The notes beneath the pieces were generated by a model. The model was not told the origin of the DNA, ran no database searches, and was given only the letters and a program-made list of their open reading frames with translations. Of a DNA stretch of 64,000 nt, positions 12,919-24,745 are shown piece by piece. Position 1 is the stretch's first letter. The number at the start of each line of letters is the position of its first letter. Origin of the DNA: Pseudovirgaria hyperparasitica (Eukaryota); the NCBI GenBank assembly GCA_010093815.1, contig ML996577.1; one strand, 5' to 3'. The position numbers and the translations under genes are program-made.

Positions 12919-15469
12919 ATGTCGTACCCATACCAGAATCAGTATCCCAATAATGGCAATCAGTACTATCCGCCGCAGTACCCTCAACCGCAACCTGGAC
13001 AGTATATGAGTTCGGTTTCGACGAATCAGCCCCAGGCCCCTCCGACGTACCAAGCACCCCCACCGCAATACCCTCAGCCCAACTACGCGTTACATGGAAA
13101 CCCTAGAGCTTACTTCAACAACCAGAACCCCCAACCATATATACAAGCTCGGCCTCAACCGCAGCAGCAACCATACGGGCAGCAAGTACCAGGACCGCGT
13201 TCTATTACCTCGACGGCGGCGCTACCGCACCAACAGCAGCAGCAGCAGCAGCCTCCTCCGCCTCAGAGACCCTCATCAGGAACACAGAGACCAGCGTCTG
13301 GACATCATGGGCCGCCTCCTACAGCCCCGAGAACCCCGAATCCCTCCCTGAAAGCTTCGACCCATTTGACATCTTCACAGCCTCCTCAAAGTGCACCTGC
13401 AGCAACAGATCAGCCATCATCTTCTTTTGCCCCGGTGGCACATAGGCCTACAAACTACCAAACGCTTTTATTGTCTCTTGCAGAACATTATGTTGAAGCT
13501 GCCCACCAGCTTGGGCCTATGGCTGCTCTGCCGGGAAATGCTGAGGATCTGAAGAGATATCGCAAATTGATGGCGACGGCGCTGGGATGTTTTCAAGCAG
13601 TGTTAAAGACGTGGAAATTCGCGCCGCGTGATGAGGCCCTGGTACGATTACGCTATGCTGTACTACTATCAGAGGAAACAGTAAATCAGCATGAGGTGGA
13701 GGAGGTGCTGAGCAAAGGCATACAAGTATGCGACAGAAACAAGATATACGATTTGAAGTACAGCATGCAACATCTGGTAGCACGAGAGCTGTTTAAGACG
13801 AACCCACGCGCTGCGCTGAAAACGATCGACAAGATCCTGCCAGAGGTTGAAGCGTACGTAATGCATTCCTGCCGATCTTGACATTAATTGACTGGGACAG
13901 AGAGCAACACACACCGTGGGTATACGCCTTCAGCTTCTTGAGGGTGACCTTAGCTCTCCAATATCCCTCGCAGATGGAGGTGTCGTCTACAGTACAAACA
14001 CTACGAAACATTTCTAATCTAGCAGAAGACAAAGCCGATATATCCGTATACACGACCTGCAAGGCCTTGGAGGCATTGATCCATCTCCGAAGCACTAACC
14101 TAGACAACCTCTTGGCAACGCGCGAGGCCATCGCGGACGCTCGTGCCAAACAGCTAGCGATCAAAGGTCAGGATCTGTCCCCGGTGATAGCAATGCTCGA
14201 CATGGTTGATCTCGCGACTTGTCTGCGCTCGGGCGATTTTGGGCAACTTCCCGAGAAACTGAGCAACCTGCATAACTCGCTTGATGAGCGGCTCCATGCG
14301 AGTAGCTCGATGCAAGACAACACGTTCTCCGTGCTCATTGATCAAGGGGCTGGGGGCAAGTTGACGACAAGCACGAGCGGAATCTTCCGGAGGTCCTCGG
14401 ACGGCCGCGATATGCTCGTGTTTTCATGGCTCGCACGGGGTGATTTGTCGGCGTTGGGGTACTTTCTGAGTGGCATTACGACCTTTATGAAGCAGAGCGA
14501 GTCCTTTACGAAGCCTGAGAAGTATCTCCGCGAGGCACTCAAGCAGATGCGGTGTAAGAGACAGCACGTTCTTGGAGTTGTAACTTTTGGACCGACTAAC
14601 CCGCTCTAGTGTCGAGACAAGACAAGACCGGCCAGACGTCCATCCCCGAGACAGAGAAACGAATCGGATGGCAGGCAAGCCTCGAATGGTTCATCCAGCT
14701 CCAGCTCGCGTTCATCTCCTGCACCCACAGGGACTGGCACGGCGCGCAGAAGACGCTAACACACCTCAAAGACACCCTCTCCGACGTCTCCACCCAAAAC
14801 ACCGAGCTCCCCCTCCAATTCGTAACATACCTGACCGGCATGACAGAACAAGGCCTCGGCAACCTCGACGAAGCCCTCACAATCTACCAATCCCCCTGCC
14901 TCACCCTCCCGGACGAATCCAAATCCCGCCCCGGCGACCCCGCCAGCGACCTCCGCATCCTCTCCTCCATCGCCCAACTCTTCATCCTCCAACACCCCGC
15001 CCACCCCCACAACTCCCTCTGCCCCATCCTCCTCGCCGCCCTCCAGCCCCTCTGCAAACACCACCCAAACCTCAACATCCGCGCCGCCTTCGGCCTCGTC
15101 TCCGCCTTTGCCACCCAGCCCCCCAGCGTCGTCCACTCGAAAGACTGCATCCACAAAGCCCTCATCGCAACAAAGGCCTCGGGCAACGCCCAGCTGCTCG
15201 CCGTCCTCTTCACCGCCATGGCAGATCGCTTCTTCAGAGGTACGGCCGGCGATCAGAGCTCAAAGGGCGCGAAGAGTGCGCGCATTACGACGGCGCGTTG
15301 GGGTGATCCGCTGTGGAAGTGTCTTGGTGCGCATCTTGCGTGCGACGATTATGTGTTTAGGGGGAAGGCGGTGGAGGCGGAGGCGGCGAGGCGGGAGATG
15401 GCGGCGTTGTTGCCCGGGTTGCCGGAGGGGTTGAAGGGGGGGTTGCTCGGACATGGGGTGGGTGGGTGA
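12919..15469 (+). CDS. Cohesin loading factor subunit Scc4/Ssl3/MAU2-like with a Q/P-rich N-terminus; 2 introns
   Basis: LLLSLAEHYVEAAH..YRKLMATALGC..EALVRLRYA..LSKGI..DLKYSMQHLVAR..EAY/QHTPWVYAFSFLR resembles the fungal Cohesin_load region; three ORFs joined by canonical introns. Confidence 0.8.
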
Positions 15470-16214
15470 TGGTGGTGGTGGAGATGGAGATTGTTCGAGA
15501 CACGGGGGTAGCATGATAGCATGATAGCATGATAGCATGATATATATATACTATTGCGTTACACCACACGTCACCGTCATCATGCTTTACATATATATAT
15601 ACGTGTGTGTGTGTGTGTTCGTATGTATCCAAGTACCCAACAAGCACGTGCCAAGATATGTTACGATTCCATCCATACGTCCATACAGACTATCTAGACA
15701 TGAAACGGTATTATATGACGGAACAGTGTAGTAGCAGGCACGTGGCGTACACATATATACATACAAAGATCAAGAGGAGAGGGTAAGATGGCAACATGAT
15801 ATAATGGTGTTATAGGGCACGGCAGGAACACAACAGGCACGGCATGAAGAACAAGCACAAGCACAAGCACGATGACAACCAGGCAAAGTGCATGCACAGC
15901 ATCAGCATCAGCATGCATGTAGACGTCAATTCATTCAAGACTTGATATCATTCCGTATCCCAGAGCAATTGGTATATAATTCCCCCCAGATCTCCCAATC
16001 CACCCCCCAAAAAAGCCATCTCGCGGCGCCGCAAGCCCCGTTCGGTATATCCCATACTCCATTCATTTCATAGCACCGGGGTGACACACGACCGTGTAGC
16101 CCACCATCCCCCATACATCGTCCCGCACTCTCACCTTCATATATAAATGGTATCATGCAAAAAGCGCCCCCTCCCCCCCCCCCCCCCCAAAACCCACGGT
16201 GGTCCTCCAATCCT

Positions 16215-18306
16215 CTAATGCACACTCAACCGCCGCTCAACCGTATCCTGCTTCTCAATAATAGCAGGCGGCTTCTCGATGCGCATGCGCAAGATATGGC
16301 GCTTGACAAAGTACGGCAGCCAAACGGTCGTCTCGTAGTGGAGGAAGTTCCTGGTCGGCACGCTAAAGACGCCGTCGAGCTCCTCGAGCGTGAGCTGTTT
16401 GGTCTCGCGCACAAAGCAAAAGACCATGCCCCAGGCAATGAGGTTGAGGCCGGCGTAGAAGCCAAAGGCGCCGGTGGGGGTCATGACGGTGCGCATGCGC
16501 GGAAAGGTGAGGGAGAGAATGCCGGCAAAGGTGTTGTTGATGCAGACGGCCCAGGCCATGCCCTGCTCGCGCTGGATGGTGGGGAAGACCTCGGCGGAGT
16601 ACTGGAAGGCGACGGGCCCCTCGCCGAGCGAGTACATGATGGTGAAGAGGTAGACGAAGAGGACGACGGGGCCGACCTTGGCGGCCTGGCTGACGCCTTC
16701 TTTGTTGTTGAGCAGCGACAGGCCGGCGGCGAGGAGGAAGATGCACATGAAGGGGAAGGTGGCGAGGGTGAGGGTGCGGCGGCCCTTGGTGTCGATGAGG
16801 AAGAGGGTCGGGATGGTGAAGACGACCTGGACGGCGCCGTAGCCGAGCGAGGCGAAGAGGGCCTGGTCGGGCGTGTAGCCGGCCTCGGTGAAGATGGTGG
16901 AGCTGTAGAAGGAGATGACTGAGGGATATGTTAGCGAGAGATTACAACAATCAATATAGCAATCAATAAAGCAATCAATATAGCAATCAATATAGCAATC
17001 AACATAAAAGATGGTCACTCACTGTTGATGCCGCACATCTGCTGGGCAAGCATGACGGTCGAGGCACCGTAGTTGGCACGTCGGATTCGGGGCACGCGGA
17101 AGCAGTCCCAGAGCCGGGTAAAGTAGCCCATGCCGGCGGCAACCTTGATCTCCTCCTGGTAGATGACATAGGAGTAGTAGTAGTCACGGGCGGCGATGAT
17201 GGGGTGGGCGCGCAGGATGTTCATGGACCGATAGCCCTGGGCGACCTTGCCGCTCTTCATGAGCCAACGGGGCGACTCTGGGCAAAAGTAGATGCCGACC
17301 ATGAGGATGAAGGAGGGGATGAAGGCGGAGCCGAGCTGGAGACGCCAGGAGATGTCGCCGGTGTCCTTGACGATGACGTTGGCGCAGAAGCCCAGGAAGA
17401 TACCCGCAACGACCCAGAGCTGCCAGAACATGACGAGCGCACCGCGAATGCGGGCGGGGGCCATCTCGGCCGAGTAGATTGGCACGGTCGCGTTCTTTGC
17501 GCCAATGCCGATGCCCATGACGAATCTGGCAGCGAAGAGACCTTGCCATGACCTGGCGAAACCGGAACCGATGGGAGTGGCCGTCAGACAGGCCGCCGTG
17601 AGAAAGATTTCGCCGCGTCGGCCGAGATATTTGTTGAGCGGATCGACGATAAAGGCACCACTGTGCAGGAGCTGGTTAGTGGGCGATTCAAAAGGCAGAG
17701 AAGCAGAAAAGACAGGGAAAACTCACATGAGACCGGCGGTCAAGAAGATGATGGCGTTGATGGAGCCGACAATCCATTCGTTGCGGCCGGTTCCAGTAAT
17801 GCCAAACTCCTCGGGAAAGGACAAGTTGGCACCGTTGGAGCCAGTCTGGTCCCAGCCCTGTGTGGCCGCCCCGACGGCGCAGAGGCCGATGGAGTACCAG
17901 AGCATCTTGGGGCCGTGCCACTTGTGGTCCCGCTCGTAGATGAGGGCGGCGCGTTCGTCGGCGGACAGCTCGGCGAGGGCCTCGAAGTTGTCGGGATCGC
18001 GGGCGACGAGGGCGGCGCGACCAAACAGGTCGGAGTGCTCGTCCAGGCCATTTTGCTCGGCGAACAGCTTTGCGTCGGCATGGGCGACCTCCTTGGAGAC
18101 ACGCTGCGGGGGGCATGTCAGTCGGTGGGCTGGAGGGAATTGACATGTAGGGACAGGCTTACCTTGAGCGGGTTCTCGACGATGTTGAGAGCTACGGATT
18201 CGCGACGACCACCGCCGCCGAGTTCATCGATTAGCTCCGGAGAAGGGGCCGAGCCAGTCTTTTCGTTGCCGGAAGCATAGGCGACTTCTTGCTTCTCGTC
18301 AGCCAT
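16215..18306 (-). CDS. MFS sugar porter (polyol/myo-inositol-like subfamily); 3 introns
   Basis: GAATQGWDQTGSNGANL, YLGRRG, PIYSAEMAPARIRGALV, PESPRWL, QQMCGIN, GEGPVAFQYSAEVFP, ETKQLTLEELD. Confidence 0.93.
16946..17002. repeat. 12-bp tandem repeat (CAATCAATATAG)n inside the last intron of the sugar porter
   Basis: About 4-5 copies read directly. Confidence 0.85.
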
Positions 18307-18651
18307 GGTGGAGGAGGGATTGGAGGGCTTGATGTCAGGCAGCAGCAGCAGCAGCAGTAGCAGCAGTAGCACCAAGCAGTTGAAGAAGGGGAAAGAGGGG
18401 AGGGAAGTGGGAGGAAAGAAAGTGGCAGAGTGGGAGGAGAGTGGCAGATGTTATAGAAATAGAGAGAGAGAGAGAGAGACAGAGCTGGGGAGAGCTCTGG
18501 GGGAGCTTGGGGAGGATTTGAGGGGGGGGGGATGGGGCCGGAAAGACAAGGACAAGGGTTTCTGTGGAGAGAGAGAGAGAGCCAATGATGGAGGTGGAGA
18601 AGAAGTGAAAAGGATTGGAGCAGGACAAAAGCCAGGTTAGCGAATCTCCAC

Positions 18652-18700
18652 CTCCAGACTCCAGACTCCAGACTCCAGACTCCAGACTCCAGACTCCAGA
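18652..18700. repeat. (CTCCAGA)x7 microsatellite upstream of the sugar porter; each unit contains CTGGAG on the minus strand
   Basis: Seven perfect heptamers counted. Confidence 0.95.
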
Positions 18701-20012
18701 GTGTGTCCCAGAAAAGTTCCAGAAAAGAAAGAAGGACGGGATGAAAAGGTGGAGTGGTAGTAGTGTAGTGTAGTGTGTTGGTGGGTATAGTGTAGTAGTG
18801 TCAACAAGCCCAAGCCATCAACGGGTCCGGGCAAGCATGCATGACTTTGAGAGCTCCACAGCCGCAGCTAGGAGTTGGTAGGAGATTTTGGGAGTGGTGG
18901 TAGTGTGGTAGGAGGAGTACGGCTACGACTACGCCTTTGGATGCGACGACAGGGCTCGGACGGGGTCAGCGCGCAGGGTCAGCTCGAGTCAGTGGGTAGA
19001 CTAGGAGGTTGTGAAGGGATGGAATGAATGACGGAGTGTGACAGTGACAGTGAGTGTGCAGTGCATCATCCATGTGCATCTTCTATTATATATGTACGAA
19101 TGATGTTTCTATTGGCAGTATCAGAACATGGAGCATCACCATGATTGCCATGCTGATGGCGATGCCATCAGCATTGCCATTGCTACGATTGCTAACCCAC
19201 TCATAATTACACAACCATGGGCCAGTCAGTGTACGGTAACAAGGGCGAGCCAAGACACACAACAAATACAACAACATACACACGGCTGAGATTGGAGTGT
19301 GAGATGAGGGATAGGACGAGTCAAGACAGCAGCAGTGCACATGACCGAGATGGGCGTCAGTCTTGACGATGTTGTACTATTAATGTTACTCTCATCAACA
19401 TCAACATCAACATCATCATGATTGCAACTGTCAGAGTCATCGCCGTCGCCGTCGCCGTCGCCGTCATCGTCACCGTCACGCCGCCAGCTAGCAAGATCCG
19501 TCAGATCCAGGCCAACACGCCAAGACAAAGGCCCAAGCCTCGTCCGAGCTTGGAAGTCTGTGCCGCAATACGCAGACTGTAGTATACACGTGACTATGCC
19601 CACATCTACGCGGCAGTCCCGCCCTTTTTACCCCGCCCGTCCCCCCCAAAGTAACGCCCAGTCCCCCCGCCCAGTTCAAGTCAAGTCACGGGTCACGGGT
19701 CACGGGTCATTGGCTGTGTATCACTTGGTATTCTTCACTTGTCCCGTCCGTCTCACGTTTGCCGTCAGCCTTCCTTCGAGGTCGCGTGAGTGTGTGTGTG
19801 TGAGTGAGTAATGGTGTGTGTATATGCAAGTGTATGTGTACGGATGTTAACCTTGTTGCTTACTGCGCCTTTGCCTGCACTGTACTATCCCGTATTCTAA
19901 TACTCTGCATACACGTATAGTATTCGTATTCCCCCTTCCATTCTTCCCCATCCGTGTGTCGTTGTCTTGGCCTGTCGTCTTGGGGGGAAAATGGAAAATC
20001 GCGCGTTCCTGT

Positions 20013-20124
20013 CAGGCATCAGGCATCAGGCATCAGGCACCAGGCAGGGACCAGGCAGGCATCAGGCAGGCATCAGGCAGGCATCAGGCAGGCATCAGGC
20101 AGGCATCAGGCAGGCATCAGGCAT
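20013..20124. repeat. Compound (CAGGCAT)/(CAGGCAGGCAT)n minisatellite
   Basis: Read directly. Confidence 0.9.
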
Positions 20125-20248
20125 CCAATCCAGCGTCTACTACAGTCACTACAGTCACTACACTCATCTACTACACTCCACATACTAATTACACGCCATA
20201 CACTAATCACAGTACATGCCATATTATATACACTACACTGCGCTACAC

Positions 20249-20284
<36 letters not shown>

Positions 20285-20883
20285 TACTGTATATCTTGGC
20301 CTTTGTCCCGCTCCTCCAAGACACCGTCACCAACTGCCGCCTTACCACTAACCGCCCGCCACCAAAACGCCTAGCTGTACATTTTCCCCGGACATGCCGT
20401 CTGCGGCGTCTGTGAGCCTTGTCTTCCCAACCGCAACCGCTCTATCCCAAAACTAAACAAACACACACCGTCCGCCGTCCACCGTCCACGCCACTCCAGA
20501 CCATCGTGCTCGCTCACATCCGTGATTTCTATTATTCTTTGCTACTACATACTACATACTACATACTATTACATAGCTAGTTAATAATTATTGTCCAAAC
20601 CTTCCCCCAAGCAGCCAGCCATCTCCGGCCATGTCCAAGACGTTCTGACTTGTGTGTGTGTGTGTGAACTGGCACAAACGGCCCGACTGTTGCACTCTCT
20701 CTTGGATTGCACCCTTGTTCTGGATCTGCACAGAGCCTCAAACGCTCATGGCCGCCAGGGTCTGGTCATGTACGAACCTACTACTACTATTACAAACATG
20801 TACAGTGTACATACATATACATGCATGGCACGGTCCAGTGCGTGCAGTGCGTGCGTGCAGTAATTAGATGGTCTAATTAGCCG

Positions 20884-21220
20884 TGTCTTGTCTGTCTTGT
20901 CTGTCTTGTCTGTCTTGTCTGTCTTGTCTGTCTTGTCTGTCTTGTCTGTCTTGTCTGTCTTGTCTGTCTTGTCTGTCTNNNNNNNNNNNNNNNNNNNNNN
21001 NNNNNNNNNNNNNNNNNNNNNNNNNNNNNNNNNNNNNNNNNNNNNNNNNNNNNNNNNNNNNNNNNNNNNNNNNNNNNNNNNNNNNNNNNNNNNNNNNNNN
21101 NNNNNNNNNNNNNNNNNNNNNNNTGTCTTGTCTGTCTTGTCTGTCTTGTCTGTCTTGTCTGTCTTGTCTGTCTTGTCTGTCTTGTCTGTCTTGTCTGTCT
21201 TGTCTGTCTTGTCTGTCTGC
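20884..21220. repeat. (TGTCTTGTC)n 9-bp tandem array spanning an assembly gap (N 20979-21123)
   Basis: Perfect 9-mers on both sides of the N-run. Confidence 0.95.
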
Positions 21221-21968
21221 CTGTCTGCCTTCTTCCTCATCATCAGCTGATCAGGCCACGTCCAGCGACTTTGTAGCTCCTCAGGCACCAACTAACTACC
21301 TAGTAGGCTACATAGTAGCTAACAACAAGCCCATATCCGGCTCTCTCACTCTCTCACTTACGCTACAACGGAATCAATCCTACATATCTCCTCGTCTGGA
21401 TGCATCATCTATTACTGTCATCATCATCCTCGTCATCATCGTCGTCGTCATCACCACCGCAAACCATCCTGCGCTCGGATGCTTTCAATGTCCTATATAT
21501 ATTATTACTGAAACACTGTTACATTCCACCTGAAACAACGACTCTGATTACTTGCTACACGCACTATGTTCCATGTCTGTGCGTAGACTGACTTGCATTA
21601 TTCAGCAATCCATCCGTAGACTGTGCGGGCGTGCTGGATGGGATGATGCATGTACTGTCTGGAATACCGGCACTTGGGCACTGCCTGTAGACCTGGAGTG
21701 TCTGTGTCTGCCTGCTGCGTTTCAGGCTGCCATGTCATAGTAAGGCATCCCTCGTGACCGGGACCCACTACTGTCTTTCTTACGCAACTGCTTAGACGAC
21801 ATAATTACAAACGCCATCACAGCACGCCTACCCTTGATCCCACCACGCACTATCCCAACTAGGCAACCAGCTCGGAATATTCTAATTACCTCCTACTATC
21901 CACTCCACCTCACATCAATCATTCAAATCATAATATATATATCCTCACTAGTCACCACCTCACCACTC

Positions 21969-22901
21969 ATGACCCCTCCTCCCACAACAATCCCATCCGC
22001 AATCGCCCATATCCTGCACTGCTTCCACCCCGACGCCCGCCGCGCCTTTTGGGACTTTGACCGCTGGTTTAGCGTTACTTGGATATGTAACTTGGCGGGT
22101 GGTGGTGATGTTAATGATGATGGAAAGCACGGAAAGGACGGACACGAGACGACGACGACGGCAGCGTTCGAAATCAGTCGGATCCGGCGCCAGGTCTCGG
22201 TCGGGAGTCTGGATGCGGATGGCTGTTGGATCTTGGTGCTGGTGTTTGATGTTGCTGCTTCGGAGGATGGTGATGTTGATGATGATGGACAGTCGACAGT
22301 AAGCCAGTCGACAACAACCCAGTCTATACAACACCACTGGCACCCCCTCCCATCCCTCTCCATGCGCCACACCACCCCCCCAACAATCTCCGCCCTCGCC
22401 CTCACCCTCCTCCAAACCATGACCTCCGCCCAAACCTGGCTCTCTAGCAAGTCCCGCCCCCACCGCCACGAATTCTACGTCGAACTCGACGGGCCCGCCG
22501 ACATGGACGATCCGGGTGCCGATGGACTGGCCATCTACCCGGGTTGGTTGTATGGAGCCTTGGATCTGGGGCTTTGTGCTGCTTGTCGTGAAGGGGGGTG
22601 TGAGGGGGAAAGGGGATCATTGTCCAAGTGTGCGAGGTGTGGGACTGCGGCGTATTGTTCGCGGGACTGTCAGCGGCGGGATTGGGCTGCGCATCGGGTT
22701 GTGTGTGGGATGGATGGGGTGGGGAGGGGGAGGGCGTTGTTGTTGAGTAGTCGGGAGGGAGGGTTGGGGGGGGGGAATGGTGGAGGAGGTGGGAATGAGG
22801 ACGACGACGACGACGACGATGCTGAGGACTCCAATGCCGACGAGCAACAACACCATCCCAATCCTCCCACCTCAACCCCAACCCACCACCTCCACCCATA
22901 A
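21969..22901 (+). CDS. MYND-type zinc finger protein
   Basis: CAAC...LSKCARCGTAAYCSRDCQRRDWAAHRVVC is a zf-MYND pattern; start codon uncertain. Confidence 0.75.
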   Translation: MTPPPTTIPSAIAHILHCFHPDARRAFWDFDRWFSVTWICNLAGGGDVNDDGKHGKDGHETTTTAAFEISRIRRQVSVGSLDADGCWILVLVFDVAASEDGDVDDDGQSTVSQSTTTQSIQHHWHPLPSLSMRHTTPPTISALALTLLQTMTSAQTWLSSKSRPHRHEFYVELDGPADMDDPGADGLAIYPGWLYGALDLGLCAACREGGCEGERGSLSKCARCGTAAYCSRDCQRRDWAAHRVVCGMDGVGRGRALLLSSREGGLGGGNGGGGGNEDDDDDDDAEDSNADEQQHHPNPPTSTPTHHLHP

Positions 22902-22936
22902 ACCCCCCAAACACCACCCCTAATTACCACCCCGCC

Positions 22937-23611
22937 CTAATCAGCACACCCAAACCCCCTCCTCCAACCCCAATAATCCTCCTCCTCCCCACCATCACCA
23001 CCATCACCATCACTCCCATCATCCCCATCCCCAAAACACCGCCAACTCACCGCCTCCCCGGCCTCATGCACCAGATCCACCCCCGGACAACTCACATCAC
23101 ACATATACGGGCCCTCCCCTTCGCCATACTTGCCCCCGCCGCCCGTCCCCACGCACCCGGCCCCGCGCCACACAATGCAGCGCTGTCCCGGGTCTGGTCC
23201 GAAGTGGAAGTCTGTGCTTGTGATTGCCGGGGCGGTGTGGCATTTGTCGCGGGCTTGGAGGGCTTGGCGTGCTTGTGCTTGTGGACGGAGAAGAGACGAC
23301 AGGCCTCGCGGCGGGACTGTTTGGTCCGAGTGGGTGATGTATGTGCATTTCGAGTCCGAGGGGCAGATGTTGACTGCGTCCGGTCGGCCGGAGGCGCAGA
23401 TGGGTTCGCCGGGCATTTCGGCGTTGCGGGCGTGGGCTCGGGCGTGGGCGCGGATTTGTGGGTTTGTGCGGATGGGTGTGCTGGTGCTGGTGCTGGGGAG
23501 GAGGGTTGTGAGGAGGGTTAGAGTTAGGGTGAGGGTGAGGGTTAGGGATAGAGTGAGAGTGCAGGTAGAGAGGGGTGGTGGCATGTTGGGTGTGTGCTTG
23601 GTGTTGGACAT
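22937..23611 (-). CDS. Putative small secreted Cys-rich protein (beta/gamma-crystallin-like fungal type); start may be the second Met
   Basis: Hydrophobic Leu/Thr N-terminal run, about 9 Cys in the mature part, motif FGPDPGQRC..W....C...CPG......SWRC. Confidence 0.5.
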   Translation of the reverse strand: MSNTKHTPNMPPPLSTCTLTLSLTLTLTLTLTLLTTLLPSTSTSTPIRTNPQIRAHARAHARNAEMPGEPICASGRPDAVNICPSDSKCTYITHSDQTVPPRGLSSLLRPQAQARQALQARDKCHTAPAITSTDFHFGPDPGQRCIVWRGAGCVGTGGGGKYGEGEGPYMCDVSCPGVDLVHEAGEAVSWRCFGDGDDGSDGDGGDGGEEEDYWGWRRGFGCAD

Positions 23612-23944
23612 CGTCGTGGTACTTGTTTGTATATACTGTTTGCCGTAGTAGACGCAGTCCCGGTAGTCGAGTCGAGTCGAGTCAAAGTCAACGTAAAAGT
23701 AAAAGTAAAAGTAAAAGTCGTCGAGTTCGAACGCGACAGATGCCTATTATCATCACCACTCCCACATCGCAAGGCTATGCGAACTACACTCACTTCCGAC
23801 ACATCACATCACATCACATCGCAAACACTGCCCCCTCGGCACCAACCAACCACCACCACTACCACCCGTGCCGCTGCCTTGCCTCACCCTCACCCCTACT
23901 CTACCCTACCCTACCCTACCCTGTAATGCTGTGTATATATAGCA

Positions 23945-24000
23945 TATACATACATACATACATACATACATACATACATACATACATACATACATACATA
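23945..24000. repeat. (TACA)n microsatellite
   Basis: Read directly. Confidence 0.9.
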
Positions 24001-24745
24001 GTAACCCCGCTCTTAACCACATACATACCAACCGCACAGCACTCACGGTAGTTACACGTCATTTTTGTGATTTCACGGCATGTGTGCTCGGGATTGCGGT
24101 GTGCGGGAGGTTCGGCGTTGGCTATTAATAAATATTGTATGCTTGTACGGAGTGCTGTGTCGGAGTGCTGGGAGTGGTGTGATGCTTGCATACAGGTACG
24201 TAAGGCGGAGTATTTTATGCGTTTTTTTGCCTGGTGCATGCATGCATGTCTTTCGGATGGGTTTATGGTGCTTTGCTTAGCGCGCGCTTGGCTGGGGTCG
24301 GGGTTTAGGGGATAGGAGGTGATAGGCATGCGGAGATCTGGATTTGGCTTTATCTTTGTCTGGGCTGTGTGGATGGAGATGGGTTTGTTTGTTTGGTTGT
24401 TTGCCGTTTGTATATATGCATTCGAATATGCAGGTACTTGTAGTATGCTTGCACCCGGACGGTGTAACAAACAATCTCGGACCTGTCCTGGCCTTGCACT
24501 TGTCGGCAGCTAGTCTCCTCCAGGCCTAGTGGGTGGATCTTGGGGTAGATGCTTTATGGTGGGGAAACCTTGCTGCGACTACAGCGACTGCTTTGTGACG
24601 TCTGTCTGTCAGTATCAAGTGAGTGAGTACGATATACCATATCTCGTATTCATATCACATATCTGTATCATTATCTCAATCCCAGCCCCGTGTCCACCAC
24701 CCTCCGTCAGGATCACTTCTCAACACCAACATCATCAAGCTGGTC

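Noticed and set aside
16155..16922. 255-aa plus-strand ORF and similar long antisense ORFs over GC-rich genes
   Set aside because: Shadows of the strongly codon-biased transporter, PLC and cohesin-loader CDSs on the other strand or frame
19954..20415. ORFs with RHQAG/GIRQAS repeats; repeat array superficially CRISPR-like
   Set aside because: Plain minisatellite with no unique spacers, in a eukaryotic context with no cas genes
20746..21533. ORFs with (TDK)n, (SCL)n and (SVL)n repeats
   Set aside because: Translation artefacts of a 9-bp tandem repeat across an N gap
23505..23560. TTAGGG-like hexamers as an interstitial telomere
   Set aside because: Only a few degenerate units and they lie in a probable coding frame
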